Positions 8,689-17,121 of a stretch of 42,047 nucleotides of DNA are shown in pieces. How positions within the stretch are numbered: the first letter of the stretch is position 1; each line of letters starts with the position of its first letter. The notes under the pieces are model-generated. The model saw nothing but the letters and a program-made list of their open reading frames with translations, searched no databases and was not told the DNA's origin. Location: the NCBI RefSeq assembly GCF_051903065.1, contig NZ_CP178441.1; one strand, given 5' to 3'. A program made the position numbers and the translations under genes. The DNA comes from Escherichia coli. Its GTDB lineage: Bacteria; Pseudomonadota; Gammaproteobacteria; Enterobacterales; Enterobacteriaceae.

Positions 8689-9042
8689 ATGACTGACAAT
8701 CAGACGCGGAAAAATTCCACACCGATCAAGGTTTACTGCTTCCCGGAAGAGAAGATGCAGATTGAAGCAAATGCCGCCGCTGCTGGTCTGAGTGTTGCGG
8801 CCTATTTGCGTAAAGTCGGTATGGGTTACGAAGTGGAGTCAATTGTTGATATAGAACAGGTCAAAGAGTTGAGTCGGGTTAATGGAGACTTGGGCCGACT
8901 TGGGGGGTTACTGAAGTTGTGGCTTTCCAATGACGAACGTACCCGGAATTTTTCGCCAGCGTTAATTAATACTCTGCTGGGAAAAATCGACGCCACGCAA
9001 AGCGCCCTTCGTGACGTAATGGACAGGATACTGAGTAAATGA
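8689..9042 (+). CDS. traJ: TraJ relaxosome accessory protein (ORF track start 8677)
   Basis: Strong similarity to recalled RP4 TraJ (PIKVYC..., GDLGRLGGLLKLWL). GGAG RBS before the ATG at 8689. Confidence 0.8.
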   Translation: MTDNQTRKNSTPIKVYCFPEEKMQIEANAAAAGLSVAAYLRKVGMGYEVESIVDIEQVKELSRVNGDLGRLGGLLKLWLSNDERTRNFSPALINTLLGKIDATQSALRDVMDRILSK

Positions 9043-9043
9043 T

Positions 9044-9056
9044 TTTAGCTGCTAAA
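9044..9056. promoter_or_regulatory. KorB-type operator TTTAGCTGCTAAA between traJ and traI
   Basis: 13-bp palindrome two nucleotides after the traJ stop. Confidence 0.55.
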
Positions 9057-9070
9057 ATCCGGGGGGTATT

Positions 9071-11704
9071 GTGATTTCGCGTCACATCCCAATGCGTAAT
9101 GTAAAAAAAAGCAGTTTTTTTAGACTTGCTGAATATTTACAAGATTCGCAGAACAAACAGGAACGAGTTGGCGCTGTTAAGACTACAAACTGTCATCAGG
9201 AAAATATCCTTGATGCTGCTCGTTATGAGATTGAACCAACACAACGACTAAATACGCGTGCTAAGGGGGATAAAACTTATCATTTGGTTATTTCTTTTCG
9301 GCCTGGAGAAAACCCACCACAGGAGGTTTTAGATGTAATAGAAGAACGTATGTGTACAGCGTTAGGTTATGGTGAACATCAACGTGTAAGTGCAGTTCAT
9401 TACGATACAGACAATGTACATATTCAGATCGCAATAAACAAAGTTCATCCCAAAACTCACAACATTCATACTCCTTATAACGATTATAAGATTCGGACAG
9501 CCGTATGTCAGGAACTGGAAAAAGAGTTTGGCCTCGAAAAAGACAATCACCGGGCAAGTAAGACGCGATCCGAAAATAATGCGGCAGATATGGAAAGGCA
9601 TTCCGGCAGAGAAAGTTTGCTTGGCTGGATAAAGAGGGAGTGCGCAGATCAATTAAAGAGTGCGGCTAACTGGCAAGAGTTACATAAGGCAATGCGCCAG
9701 AATGGGCTTGAGTTACGCCAGAAAGGGAATGGATTCGTTATTACTGGTCCCGATGGCCTTGCTGTAAAAGCCAGCTCTGTAGATCGCTCTCTGTCCCGAG
9801 CAGCGCTTGAAAAGAAATTAGGCTCGTTTGAGTCTTCCATACCCGACACGAAACCTTCCAGACTTTCCCCGGAAGCGATTAAACAACGATTCGGTTCAGC
9901 TGTACATGTTAAGCGGCCCGGAGAACGCCCCCCACCAATTCGTGAAAACCGACAGGTTCACCTTGGGGAGATTCCCGTTATGTCGATTAACAATGGTAAA
10001 CGCTATGAGGGCAAACCGCTGGGTTCTCAGGGTGCAAGTACCTCAGTTCTTTACGGGCGCTACCAGAGTGAACAGCAACGGCTTACTGCTGCCCGTAACG
10101 AAGCACTGCGTCTGGCAAAGGTTAAACGTGATCGCCTCATTGAAAATGCCAAAAGGACAGGCCGGTTAAAGCGGGCAGCTATCAAGTTACTGAAAGGACC
10201 AGGCGTGAATAAACGCCATTTATATGGTTTGGCAAGTAAGGCGCTTGGGGAAGAACTTGAACGGGCAAATGCCATTTATAAAAAAGACCGGCAGGCAGCT
10301 TATGACATTCATAAACGCCGTACATGGGCTGACTGGCTGCAGTTCAAAGCCGCAGGTGGTGATGATGAAGCGCTGAAAATTTTACGCCAGCGGAATGCAC
10401 AACAGGCTCGTAAAGAGGCCAACATTCTGCATGGCGATAAAGTCAAAAAAGATGGCCGTATCCCTGGATTGAAACCGGACAGTGTAACGAAGGAAGGGAC
10501 GATTATTTACCGCGTGGGAGAGAGTGCTATCCGTGACGGTGGTAAACGTCTGGATGTATCACGTGATGCTGGTGATGACGGTCTTCATGCCGCACTGCTG
10601 ATGGCTAAACACCGTTACGGAGACAAACTCACCGTTAACGGCAGTTTTGAATTTAAAAAACGCATTGTAGCTGTAGCCGCTGCGCGTGAGCTGGACGTGT
10701 CATTTACCGATCCTGAACTGGAAAAGTTGAGGCAAATTCTGGCTAAGAAAGCGGCCCGCGAGCGTGAATACATCCACATCCCCTTTGAGCAAAGAGGCAA
10801 GGCCCGACAAGCCGGGGCCATGTGGGACACCGAAAAGAAATCCTGGTTTGTCGGTCCTTACGCAACCAGAGATCGGATTGAAAACTTTATCCGAATGAAT
10901 GAGGAAAAAGACAATGAGCAAAGACGACAAAGATATGCCGGAACAGAACGAACTGAGGCAGGACGAGAACGAAGCGGCAATGGCAATGCTACTGGAGCAA
11001 ATGAACCAGGAGTTACAGGACGAAGCCCCTCCGCTGATGCCGGAAACGGATATGGAACTAGCAACAGCGGAAGACGAACTGGCTCAGGCGATGGCGTTAC
11101 TACAGCAGGAAGCCAGCCAGGAAGGAGTGATGACACCCGTACAGGGAGAAGTCGAGCAGCCGAATCAAATGGTGAACGAGGACATCGTAAGCCCAACGTT
11201 GCGCGACCTGGACGCCAGCCGCCGCCCACAGCAAAAAACCGTCTGCGAGCAATGTCCGAACTCGGTATGGTTCGCATCGCCGGAGGAAGTGAAGTGTTAC
11301 TGCCGGGTAATGTTCCTGACCAGTTGGAGCACAAAACAGCCGAACGTACTGATCAACTGCGACGGGATATGGCTGGGGCAGGAGGAATAACAACACCTGC
11401 TGAGGTTAAGAAACCGCTGAGTAGTGCTGAAAAATATATCAATGAACGTGAGCAAAAACGCCTTAAAGGGTTCGATATACCGAAACATAGAGGGTATAAT
11501 TCTACTGATAAAGGTCTGTTTGAGTATGCAGGCCAACGTAAAAGCGGGCTGGAAACGTTAGCCCTGCTAAAACGGGATGATGAAATTGTTGTGATGCCTG
11601 TCAGCGATTACACCGCCCGGAGACTGAGCAATCTTAAAGTCGGGGAGTCAGTCACACTTACCCCTTCCGGTTCAGTTAGGACAACGAAAGGAAGAAGTCG
11701 ATGA
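9071..11704 (+). CDS. traI: TraI relaxase (MOB-P type), GTG start
   Basis: N-terminus matches recalled RP4 TraI, including the catalytic Tyr region (RLAEYLQD) and the His motif HYDTDNVHIQIAINKVHP. C-terminal third is a low-complexity G/S/R-rich linker. Confidence 0.85.
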   Translation: MISRHIPMRNVKKSSFFRLAEYLQDSQNKQERVGAVKTTNCHQENILDAARYEIEPTQRLNTRAKGDKTYHLVISFRPGENPPQEVLDVIEERMCTALGYGEHQRVSAVHYDTDNVHIQIAINKVHPKTHNIHTPYNDYKIRTAVCQELEKEFGLEKDNHRASKTRSENNAADMERHSGRESLLGWIKRECADQLKSAANWQELHKAMRQNGLELRQKGNGFVITGPDGLAVKASSVDRSLSRAALEKKLGSFESSIPDTKPSRLSPEAIKQRFGSAVHVKRPGERPPPIRENRQVHLGEIPVMSINNGKRYEGKPLGSQGASTSVLYGRYQSEQQRLTAARNEALRLAKVKRDRLIENAKRTGRLKRAAIKLLKGPGVNKRHLYGLASKALGEELERANAIYKKDRQAAYDIHKRRTWADWLQFKAAGGDDEALKILRQRNAQQARKEANILHGDKVKKDGRIPGLKPDSVTKEGTIIYRVGESAIRDGGKRLDVSRDAGDDGLHAALLMAKHRYGDKLTVNGSFEFKKRIVAVAAARELDVSFTDPELEKLRQILAKKAAREREYIHIPFEQRGKARQAGAMWDTEKKSWFVGPYATRDRIENFIRMNEEKDNEQRRQRYAGTERTEAGRERSGNGNATGANEPGVTGRSPSADAGNGYGTSNSGRRTGSGDGVTTAGSQPGRSDDTRTGRSRAAESNGERGHRKPNVARPGRQPPPTAKNRLRAMSELGMVRIAGGSEVLLPGNVPDQLEHKTAERTDQLRRDMAGAGGITTPAEVKKPLSSAEKYINEREQKRLKGFDIPKHRGYNSTDKGLFEYAGQRKSGLETLALLKRDDEIVVMPVSDYTARRLSNLKVGESVTLTPSGSVRTTKGRSR
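10899..11390 (+). CDS. out-of-frame gene embedded in traI: acidic N-terminal half (TraH-like) plus Cys-rich C-terminal half
   Basis: 163-aa ORF in an alternative frame, exactly over the low-complexity linker of TraI. RP4 encodes the acidic TraH inside traI. The C-terminus CEQCPNSVWFASPEEVKCYCRV...CDG has a zinc-ribbon-like Cys pattern. Confidence 0.45.
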   Translation: MRKKTMSKDDKDMPEQNELRQDENEAAMAMLLEQMNQELQDEAPPLMPETDMELATAEDELAQAMALLQQEASQEGVMTPVQGEVEQPNQMVNEDIVSPTLRDLDASRRPQQKTVCEQCPNSVWFASPEEVKCYCRVMFLTSWSTKQPNVLINCDGIWLGQEE

Positions 11705-11889
11705 AACAAAATTCCGAAGAATTAGGGCTGTTACTCGCCATGCTAAATACGGGGCATGGTGGTGCATTGGCAGGAAACCCAAACGAAGCCAGCCTGAATA
11801 CAGGCAAGGTTCAACAACTGTTAAACGTGATGGACGTCACCGCTGATGACTGGAACATAAAGGAGCAAGTCCATGAGAAAGCCAAATAA
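11701..11889 (+). CDS. small hypothetical ORF (62 aa) between traI and traG
   Basis: ATG overlaps the traI stop (ATGA). Overlaps the traG start by 17 nt. No recognisable motif. Confidence 0.3.
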   Translation: MKQNSEELGLLLAMLNTGHGGALAGNPNEASLNTGKVQQLLNVMDVTADDWNIKEQVHEKAK

Positions 11890-13816
11890 TGCCGTAGGGC
11901 CGCAGGTCCGTAATAAAAAGAAGGCAGCGAAAGGGAAACTGATCCCGGCGATGGCTATAACTTCACTGGCGGCTGGCATTCAGGCCGCCACACAGTATTT
12001 TGCTTACAGCTTTAATTATCAGGAACTGTTGGGGCCGAACTTTAATCACATCTATGCGCCGTGGTCCTATTTCAAATGGTATTCAGCATGGCATGAGCGC
12101 TTACCTGATGCGTTTTTTGCTGCTGGCAGTGTGGGGGCGGCGGTTGCTGCCGGTGGCCTAGTTCTGACCGCGCTGACAAGTATGATGAAAGCAAATTCAT
12201 CCAAGGCTAACGAATATCTTCATGGCTCTGCAAGATGGGCTGATGAGCAGGATATCAGAGATGCTGGTTTGCTGAATGATGAAGGTGTTTATGTTGGTGC
12301 GTGGGAAGACAAAAACGGTCAGTTGCGGTATCTGCGTCACAACGGCCCGGAACATGTTCTGACGTATGCACCTACCCGTTCTGGCAAAGGTGTCGGCCTG
12401 GTTGTTCCCACCTTGCTTTCCTGGAAACATTCAACGGTAGTGGCTGACCTTAAAGGTGAACTGTGGGCGATGACGGCGGGCTGGCGTAAAGAATATGCCA
12501 AGAATCTGTGTCTGAAATTCGAACCTGCTGCAGCTAATGGTTCCGTCGCCTGGAATCCTCTTGATGAAATCCGTGTGGGCACTGAAAACGAAGTTGGCGA
12601 CGTTCAGAATCTTGCCACGCTGATAGTTGACCCGGACGGTAAAGGACTAAATGACCACTGGCAGAAAACATCCCAGGCGCTTTTAGTCGGTGTGATCCTC
12701 CATGTACTTTACAAGCACAAAAATGAAGGTACGCCAGCAACGCTTCCGTATGTTGACTCCATCATGGCCGACCCGGAAAGAGGGGCAGGGGAATTGTGGA
12801 TGGAAATGACGCAATATAGTCACATAAATGGCGAGAATCATCCGGTGGTGGGGGCTGCCGGTCGTGACATGATGGACCGCCCGGAAGAAGAAGCCGGTTC
12901 CGTGCTGTCTACCGCAAAATCTTATCTCGCCCTTTTCCGTGATCCAGTTGTGGCTCGTAACGTCAGTGAGTCACATTTTAAAATAAAAGACCTGATGAAT
13001 CATGATGATCCGGTTTCGCTGTATATCGTTACTCAGCCTAATGATAAAGCTCGTCTGCGTCCGCTGGTACGAATCATGCTGAACATGATTGTTCGTTTGC
13101 TGGCTGACAAGATGGAATTTGAGCGTGTAGATAACAACCTTACGTTATGGCAGCGTTTTAAACAGGCGTTTGGTTTTTCAGTTCAGGGAACAAAAAGAGT
13201 ACAGACAAAGAAAACCTACAAACATCGTCTTCTGGGAATGATCGATGAGTTTCCAAGTCTGGGTAAACTCGAAATCATTCAGGAATCATTGGCTTTCCTT
13301 GCAGGTTATGGCATCAAGTTCTACCTCATCTGCCAGGATATTAATCAGTTGCGTAGCCGTGAAACAGGTTATGGGCCGGATGAAACAATAACCTCGAACT
13401 GCCATGTGCAGAACGCATATCCACCTAACCGTACTGAGACTGCAGAGCACCTTTCTAAGTTGACCGGACAAACAACGGTTATCAAAGAGCAGATCACAAC
13501 CAGCGGGAAACGTGCCAGTGCGATATTGGGTGGAGTATCCAAAACCATTCAGGAAGTACAGCGCCCACTTCTGACAGTGGATGAATGCCTGCGTATGCCA
13601 GGACCTAAGAAGAATGCTGAAGGTCTGATTACCGAGCGCGGCGACATGGTTATTTATGTGGCAGGTTTTCCGGCTATCTATGGAAAACAGCCGTTGTTTT
13701 TCCAAGATGAGATTTTCTCGCTTCGTGCTTCTGTACCTGCACCAAAAGTTACCGATCGGATTCGAGCTGTAGCTGCCGCGAATGATGACGCCAGTAATGA
13801 GGCTATCGCAATATGA
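11873..13816 (+). CDS. traG: TraG type IV coupling protein (VirD4 family)
   Basis: N-terminus matches recalled RP4 TraG (NNAVGPQ..., LHGSARWAD). Walker A APTRSGKGVG. Confidence 0.85.
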   Translation: MRKPNNAVGPQVRNKKKAAKGKLIPAMAITSLAAGIQAATQYFAYSFNYQELLGPNFNHIYAPWSYFKWYSAWHERLPDAFFAAGSVGAAVAAGGLVLTALTSMMKANSSKANEYLHGSARWADEQDIRDAGLLNDEGVYVGAWEDKNGQLRYLRHNGPEHVLTYAPTRSGKGVGLVVPTLLSWKHSTVVADLKGELWAMTAGWRKEYAKNLCLKFEPAAANGSVAWNPLDEIRVGTENEVGDVQNLATLIVDPDGKGLNDHWQKTSQALLVGVILHVLYKHKNEGTPATLPYVDSIMADPERGAGELWMEMTQYSHINGENHPVVGAAGRDMMDRPEEEAGSVLSTAKSYLALFRDPVVARNVSESHFKIKDLMNHDDPVSLYIVTQPNDKARLRPLVRIMLNMIVRLLADKMEFERVDNNLTLWQRFKQAFGFSVQGTKRVQTKKTYKHRLLGMIDEFPSLGKLEIIQESLAFLAGYGIKFYLICQDINQLRSRETGYGPDETITSNCHVQNAYPPNRTETAEHLSKLTGQTTVIKEQITTSGKRASAILGGVSKTIQEVQRPLLTVDECLRMPGPKKNAEGLITERGDMVIYVAGFPAIYGKQPLFFQDEIFSLRASVPAPKVTDRIRAVAAANDDASNEAIAI

Positions 13817-14346
13817 AAAAAATGACCCGCTATGCCGCCATTGGTGTTATTTCGGCTTCATTGATTGGTGCAGTTGTGTGTTGCTTTGGATATGCCGCCG
13901 GGTTACGCATCAATACCACGAAAAGTATCCCTGTTGGCTTGTACAAAATCAGCCAGAAAGCGCCAGAGAAGGGCGACTATGTAATTTTCTGCCCGCCTGA
14001 AAAGGCTATTTTCTCACTGGCACAGAAGCGTGGTTACATCGGCAGCGGCTTTTGTCCAGGGGGGTATGGCGAGATGATGAAGCGGATTTTAGCGGCTAAA
14101 GGTGATGAAGTTGCTTTTCGTGATGATGGTGTTTACGTCAACGGACAGTTATTGCCTTACAGCAAGCCGTTAAGTGTTGATCCGGGCGGGCGTAAACTGC
14201 CCGCCATTCGTGAAGTATACACGTTGGGTAAATCAGAACTGTTGCTGATGACTGACCGCAGCGCATCTTCATTTGACGGGAGATATTTCGGCGCGGTCAC
14301 AAAGTCACAGATTATTTCTACGATATTACCTGTAATGACCTGGTAA
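13813..14346 (+). CDS. traF: TraF pilin-maturation peptidase (signal peptidase-like)
   Basis: Signal peptide and S26-like motif SFDGRYFG. Synteny after traG. Confidence 0.75.
   Translation: MKKMTRYAAIGVISASLIGAVVCCFGYAAGLRINTTKSIPVGLYKISQKAPEKGDYVIFCPPEKAIFSLAQKRGYIGSGFCPGGYGEMMKRILAAKGDEVAFRDDGVYVNGQLLPYSKPLSVDPGGRKLPAIREVYTLGKSELLLMTDRSASSFDGRYFGAVTKSQIISTILPVMTW
14088..14100. promoter_or_regulatory. KorB-type operator TTTAGCGGCTAAA inside the traF coding sequence
   Basis: Perfect OB consensus located within the CDS (encodes RILAAKG). Confidence 0.55.
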
Positions 14347-14365
14347 AAAGAATAGGGGAATTGAT

Positions 14366-14695
14366 ATGGGGTTATTTCATAAGAGTGCGGAGAAGGAGAA
14401 GTTAGAGGCACTGGAAAAGGTTATTTCAAAAACCAATCGTGGCATTTTTAAACGAATTGATGAAAATCGCGAGCTACTCGAATTGTTATATGAAAAAGCA
14501 CCAGAGCTTATGGATAAATGTTTCTGGATTCGATGCTGGATTGAATCTCAGGATGAATTTTTAAGTAAGTTGGCAGAGATTTCTGGCGTGGAAAATCGAA
14601 CCTATAACCTTACTCCTGATAAACCTTATCCACGTCCTTTTCCGAAAAAACCAGATTGCCTTATGGATTCTTCGAATGAGGATAATGCCGTATGA
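14366..14695 (+). CDS. hypothetical protein (109 aa), inserted between traF and the topoisomerase gene
   Basis: Good RBS (AGGGGA) before the ATG. AT-rich codon usage unlike the flanking transfer genes. Confidence 0.5.
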   Translation: MGLFHKSAEKEKLEALEKVISKTNRGIFKRIDENRELLELLYEKAPELMDKCFWIRCWIESQDEFLSKLAEISGVENRTYNLTPDKPYPRPFPKKPDCLMDSSNEDNAV

Positions 14696-14874
14696 ATACT
14701 CTCATTATGTATGCTTTGAAAACTATTCGTTATCGCAGCCTCATTGCTGAGGCACTTTTGGGTAATTTATCAAAGTGTGAAGATACAAAAAGGCGAAGTG
14801 AAATCATCACGGTTTGTCATCGCTCCGCTGATGTCCTGATAGTGAAGAAATTAAAGTGCTTATGGCAGAAATAG
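14692..14874 (+). CDS. hypothetical small basic protein (60 aa), translationally coupled to the upstream ORF
   Basis: ATGA start/stop overlap with 14366..14695. Confidence 0.45.
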   Translation: MNTLIMYALKTIRYRSLIAEALLGNLSKCEDTKRRSEIITVCHRSADVLIVKKLKCLWQK

Positions 14875-14884
14875 GGAGTGTCAA

Positions 14885-16915
14885 ATGAGAGTATTCATTG
14901 CAGAAAAACCAAGTGTTGCGAAAGCCATCGCTGAAATATTAGGCGCAACCAATAAAAAAGACGGTTACATTGAGTGCGGCAGTGACTATGTGACCTGGTG
15001 TTTTGGTCATATGTTTGAGCAGGCTGAACCTGATGAATATACACCAGACAATGTGCCTCGTAATGAAAGCGGTAAAAAAATCTGGCGAGAAGATGAACTG
15101 CCAATTATCCCCGAAAAATGGATTATTAATCCTCGTGAAGATGCTGAGAAACAGCTGAAAACCATCCGGCATTTGGTTGAGCGAGCTGACACGATTGTAA
15201 ATGCTGGCGATCCAGATCGCGAGGGGCAGTTACTGGTTGATGAAATCCTTGATGACATGGGATGTACTAAACCGGTTCTGCGTTACTGGTGTAATGCGAA
15301 TGATACGGTAAGTGTCACAAGGGCGTTGAAAGGACTTGAGAACAACGATAAATATGTAAATTTTGGACGTGCAGCTCTTGCGCGTGGTCGGGCTGATTGG
15401 TTGGTTGGAATGAACCTTTCAAGAGGATTCACGTTGTCGGCAGCGCGTGGTGGCTCGCGTGTTCTGTTGACGGTCGGGCGAGTTCAGACACCAACGCTGG
15501 CACTTGTTGTTGCCCGCGATCTCGAAATTGAAAACTTCAAACCAATTCCTTATCACAATATTAAAGCTGTCTTTAAACATGACAAAGGAGCGTTTGTTGC
15601 GGCATGGCAGGCCAGAGAAGATCAGCCAGGGCTTGATTCAGAGGGAAGGCTTATTGACACTAAAGAAGCTGATAAGCTAGTAGCGGCTTTAACCGGAAAA
15701 TCCGGTAAGGTTGTTGAATATAAGCAAGAGCCAAAGAAAAAATATCATCCAAAAGCCTATTCTCTTGGCAGTATCACCGCTGTTGCTTCAAGTAAGTTTG
15801 GTTATTCTGGTGAGCAAGTGCTGGCTATATGCCAGTCTCTTTATGAAACGCATAAACTTACCAGTTATCCACGTTCTGATAGTTCTTATTTGCCTGAATC
15901 TCAACACGCAGATGCACCTCAAATTCTGGATTCTCTTCGGGTTACTTATCCGGGAATAGCTGCTCTAATCGATAAGGCTGATCCAAAAGTAAAATCAAAA
16001 ACTTTTGATGACTCTAAGGTTACAGCGCATCACGGCATTATCCCAACGATGCACAAAGGTAACGTTGAAAGGCTTACGCCAGAAGAGCGTAATATTTACG
16101 ACCTTATCGTAAGAACATACCTTGCTCAATTTTATCCAGTACATGAATATAAAGCGACATCAATTATTATTGATGTTAATGGTGAAACATTTGGGGCCGG
16201 TGGCCGCGTAACGACTAAAAATGGATGGAAGGATGTTTATTCAGATGGAGAGGATGAAGAAGAAAAAGAAAATGAGTCTGAACAGACTCTTCCATCAATG
16301 AGAAATGGTGACGAAATTATTTGTGCTCAGGCACAGCGGCAGGATGCTAAAACTAAAGCTCCGCGTCGTTTTAATGACGGTACACTCAACACTGCAATGG
16401 AAAATATTCATAAGTATGTTGAAGACCCGGCTCAGAAAAAATTACTGCGGGAAGGTGATGGTATTGGCACATCAGCTACCCGCGCCACAATAGTTGCTGA
16501 TTTAAAGAAACGTGGTTTTATTGAAAACAAAGGCAAAGACATTATCAGTACCAAGCTGGGAAGGGGGCTGATAGCCATTCTGCCAGAACTGGTTAAAAGC
16601 CCGGTAATGACAGCCATCAACGAACGTATGTTACTGGAAATAGAGCAGGGGAAACGTGACGTTGATTCTTTTGTGAAGATTCAGGAAAAATTTGTACGAG
16701 AGCAGATTAAGGTTATTAATGCCGGAGCTATCAAAGTTGCCGGTGGTGTGCAAATTTCTGACAAGTACAAATGCAAGGTATGTGGTAAAGGACTTATTCG
16801 TCGTCCGTCCAAAAAATCCGGTCACTTCTGGTCTTGCAGTGGTTATCCCAATTGTAAAGAGTCGTACCCAGATATTAAAGGTAGTCCAAACTATAACCCC
16901 ATAAAACGCGCTTAA
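14885..16915 (+). CDS. traE: DNA topoisomerase III (TraE-like)
   Basis: Toprim N-terminus MRVFIAEKPSVAKAIA, topoisomerase IA core, and a C-terminal zinc ribbon (CKVCGK...CSGYPNC). RP4 TraE is a topoisomerase III homolog. Confidence 0.85.
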   Translation: MRVFIAEKPSVAKAIAEILGATNKKDGYIECGSDYVTWCFGHMFEQAEPDEYTPDNVPRNESGKKIWREDELPIIPEKWIINPREDAEKQLKTIRHLVERADTIVNAGDPDREGQLLVDEILDDMGCTKPVLRYWCNANDTVSVTRALKGLENNDKYVNFGRAALARGRADWLVGMNLSRGFTLSAARGGSRVLLTVGRVQTPTLALVVARDLEIENFKPIPYHNIKAVFKHDKGAFVAAWQAREDQPGLDSEGRLIDTKEADKLVAALTGKSGKVVEYKQEPKKKYHPKAYSLGSITAVASSKFGYSGEQVLAICQSLYETHKLTSYPRSDSSYLPESQHADAPQILDSLRVTYPGIAALIDKADPKVKSKTFDDSKVTAHHGIIPTMHKGNVERLTPEERNIYDLIVRTYLAQFYPVHEYKATSIIIDVNGETFGAGGRVTTKNGWKDVYSDGEDEEEKENESEQTLPSMRNGDEIICAQAQRQDAKTKAPRRFNDGTLNTAMENIHKYVEDPAQKKLLREGDGIGTSATRATIVADLKKRGFIENKGKDIISTKLGRGLIAILPELVKSPVMTAINERMLLEIEQGKRDVDSFVKIQEKFVREQIKVINAGAIKVAGGVQISDKYKCKVCGKGLIRRPSKKSGHFWSCSGYPNCKESYPDIKGSPNYNPIKRA

Positions 16916-16930
16916 TTGTAGAGGCACTAT

Positions 16931-17116
16931 ATGACTGATACTAATGCAGTAATTCGCCCTGATGTTAACGACGCAATACAGGAAAAATATCGCGATCTGA
17001 TGACACCGGGATATGTAGTCGAATTTTCACCCGATGAGGCTGATCTTGTGGGGGCATTCGAAGATGATGCGCTGAATGTACGTGACGCATACGAAAGCGC
17101 TTTTGATGCGGAGTAA
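16931..17116 (+). CDS. small strongly acidic protein (61 aa)
   Basis: RBS GAGG before the ATG. Very high Asp/Glu content. Lies immediately upstream of the ArdC-like gene. Confidence 0.45.
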   Translation: MTDTNAVIRPDVNDAIQEKYRDLMTPGYVVEFSPDEADLVGAFEDDALNVRDAYESAFDAE

Positions 17117-17121
17117 GGGCC

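Noticed and set aside
10858-11396. Minus-strand ORFs (158 aa and 98 aa) antisense to the traI linker region
   Set aside because: The G+C-rich, stop-poor sequence of the traI linker keeps several frames open. Unlike the sense-strand embedded ORF, there is no functional precedent and no start context.
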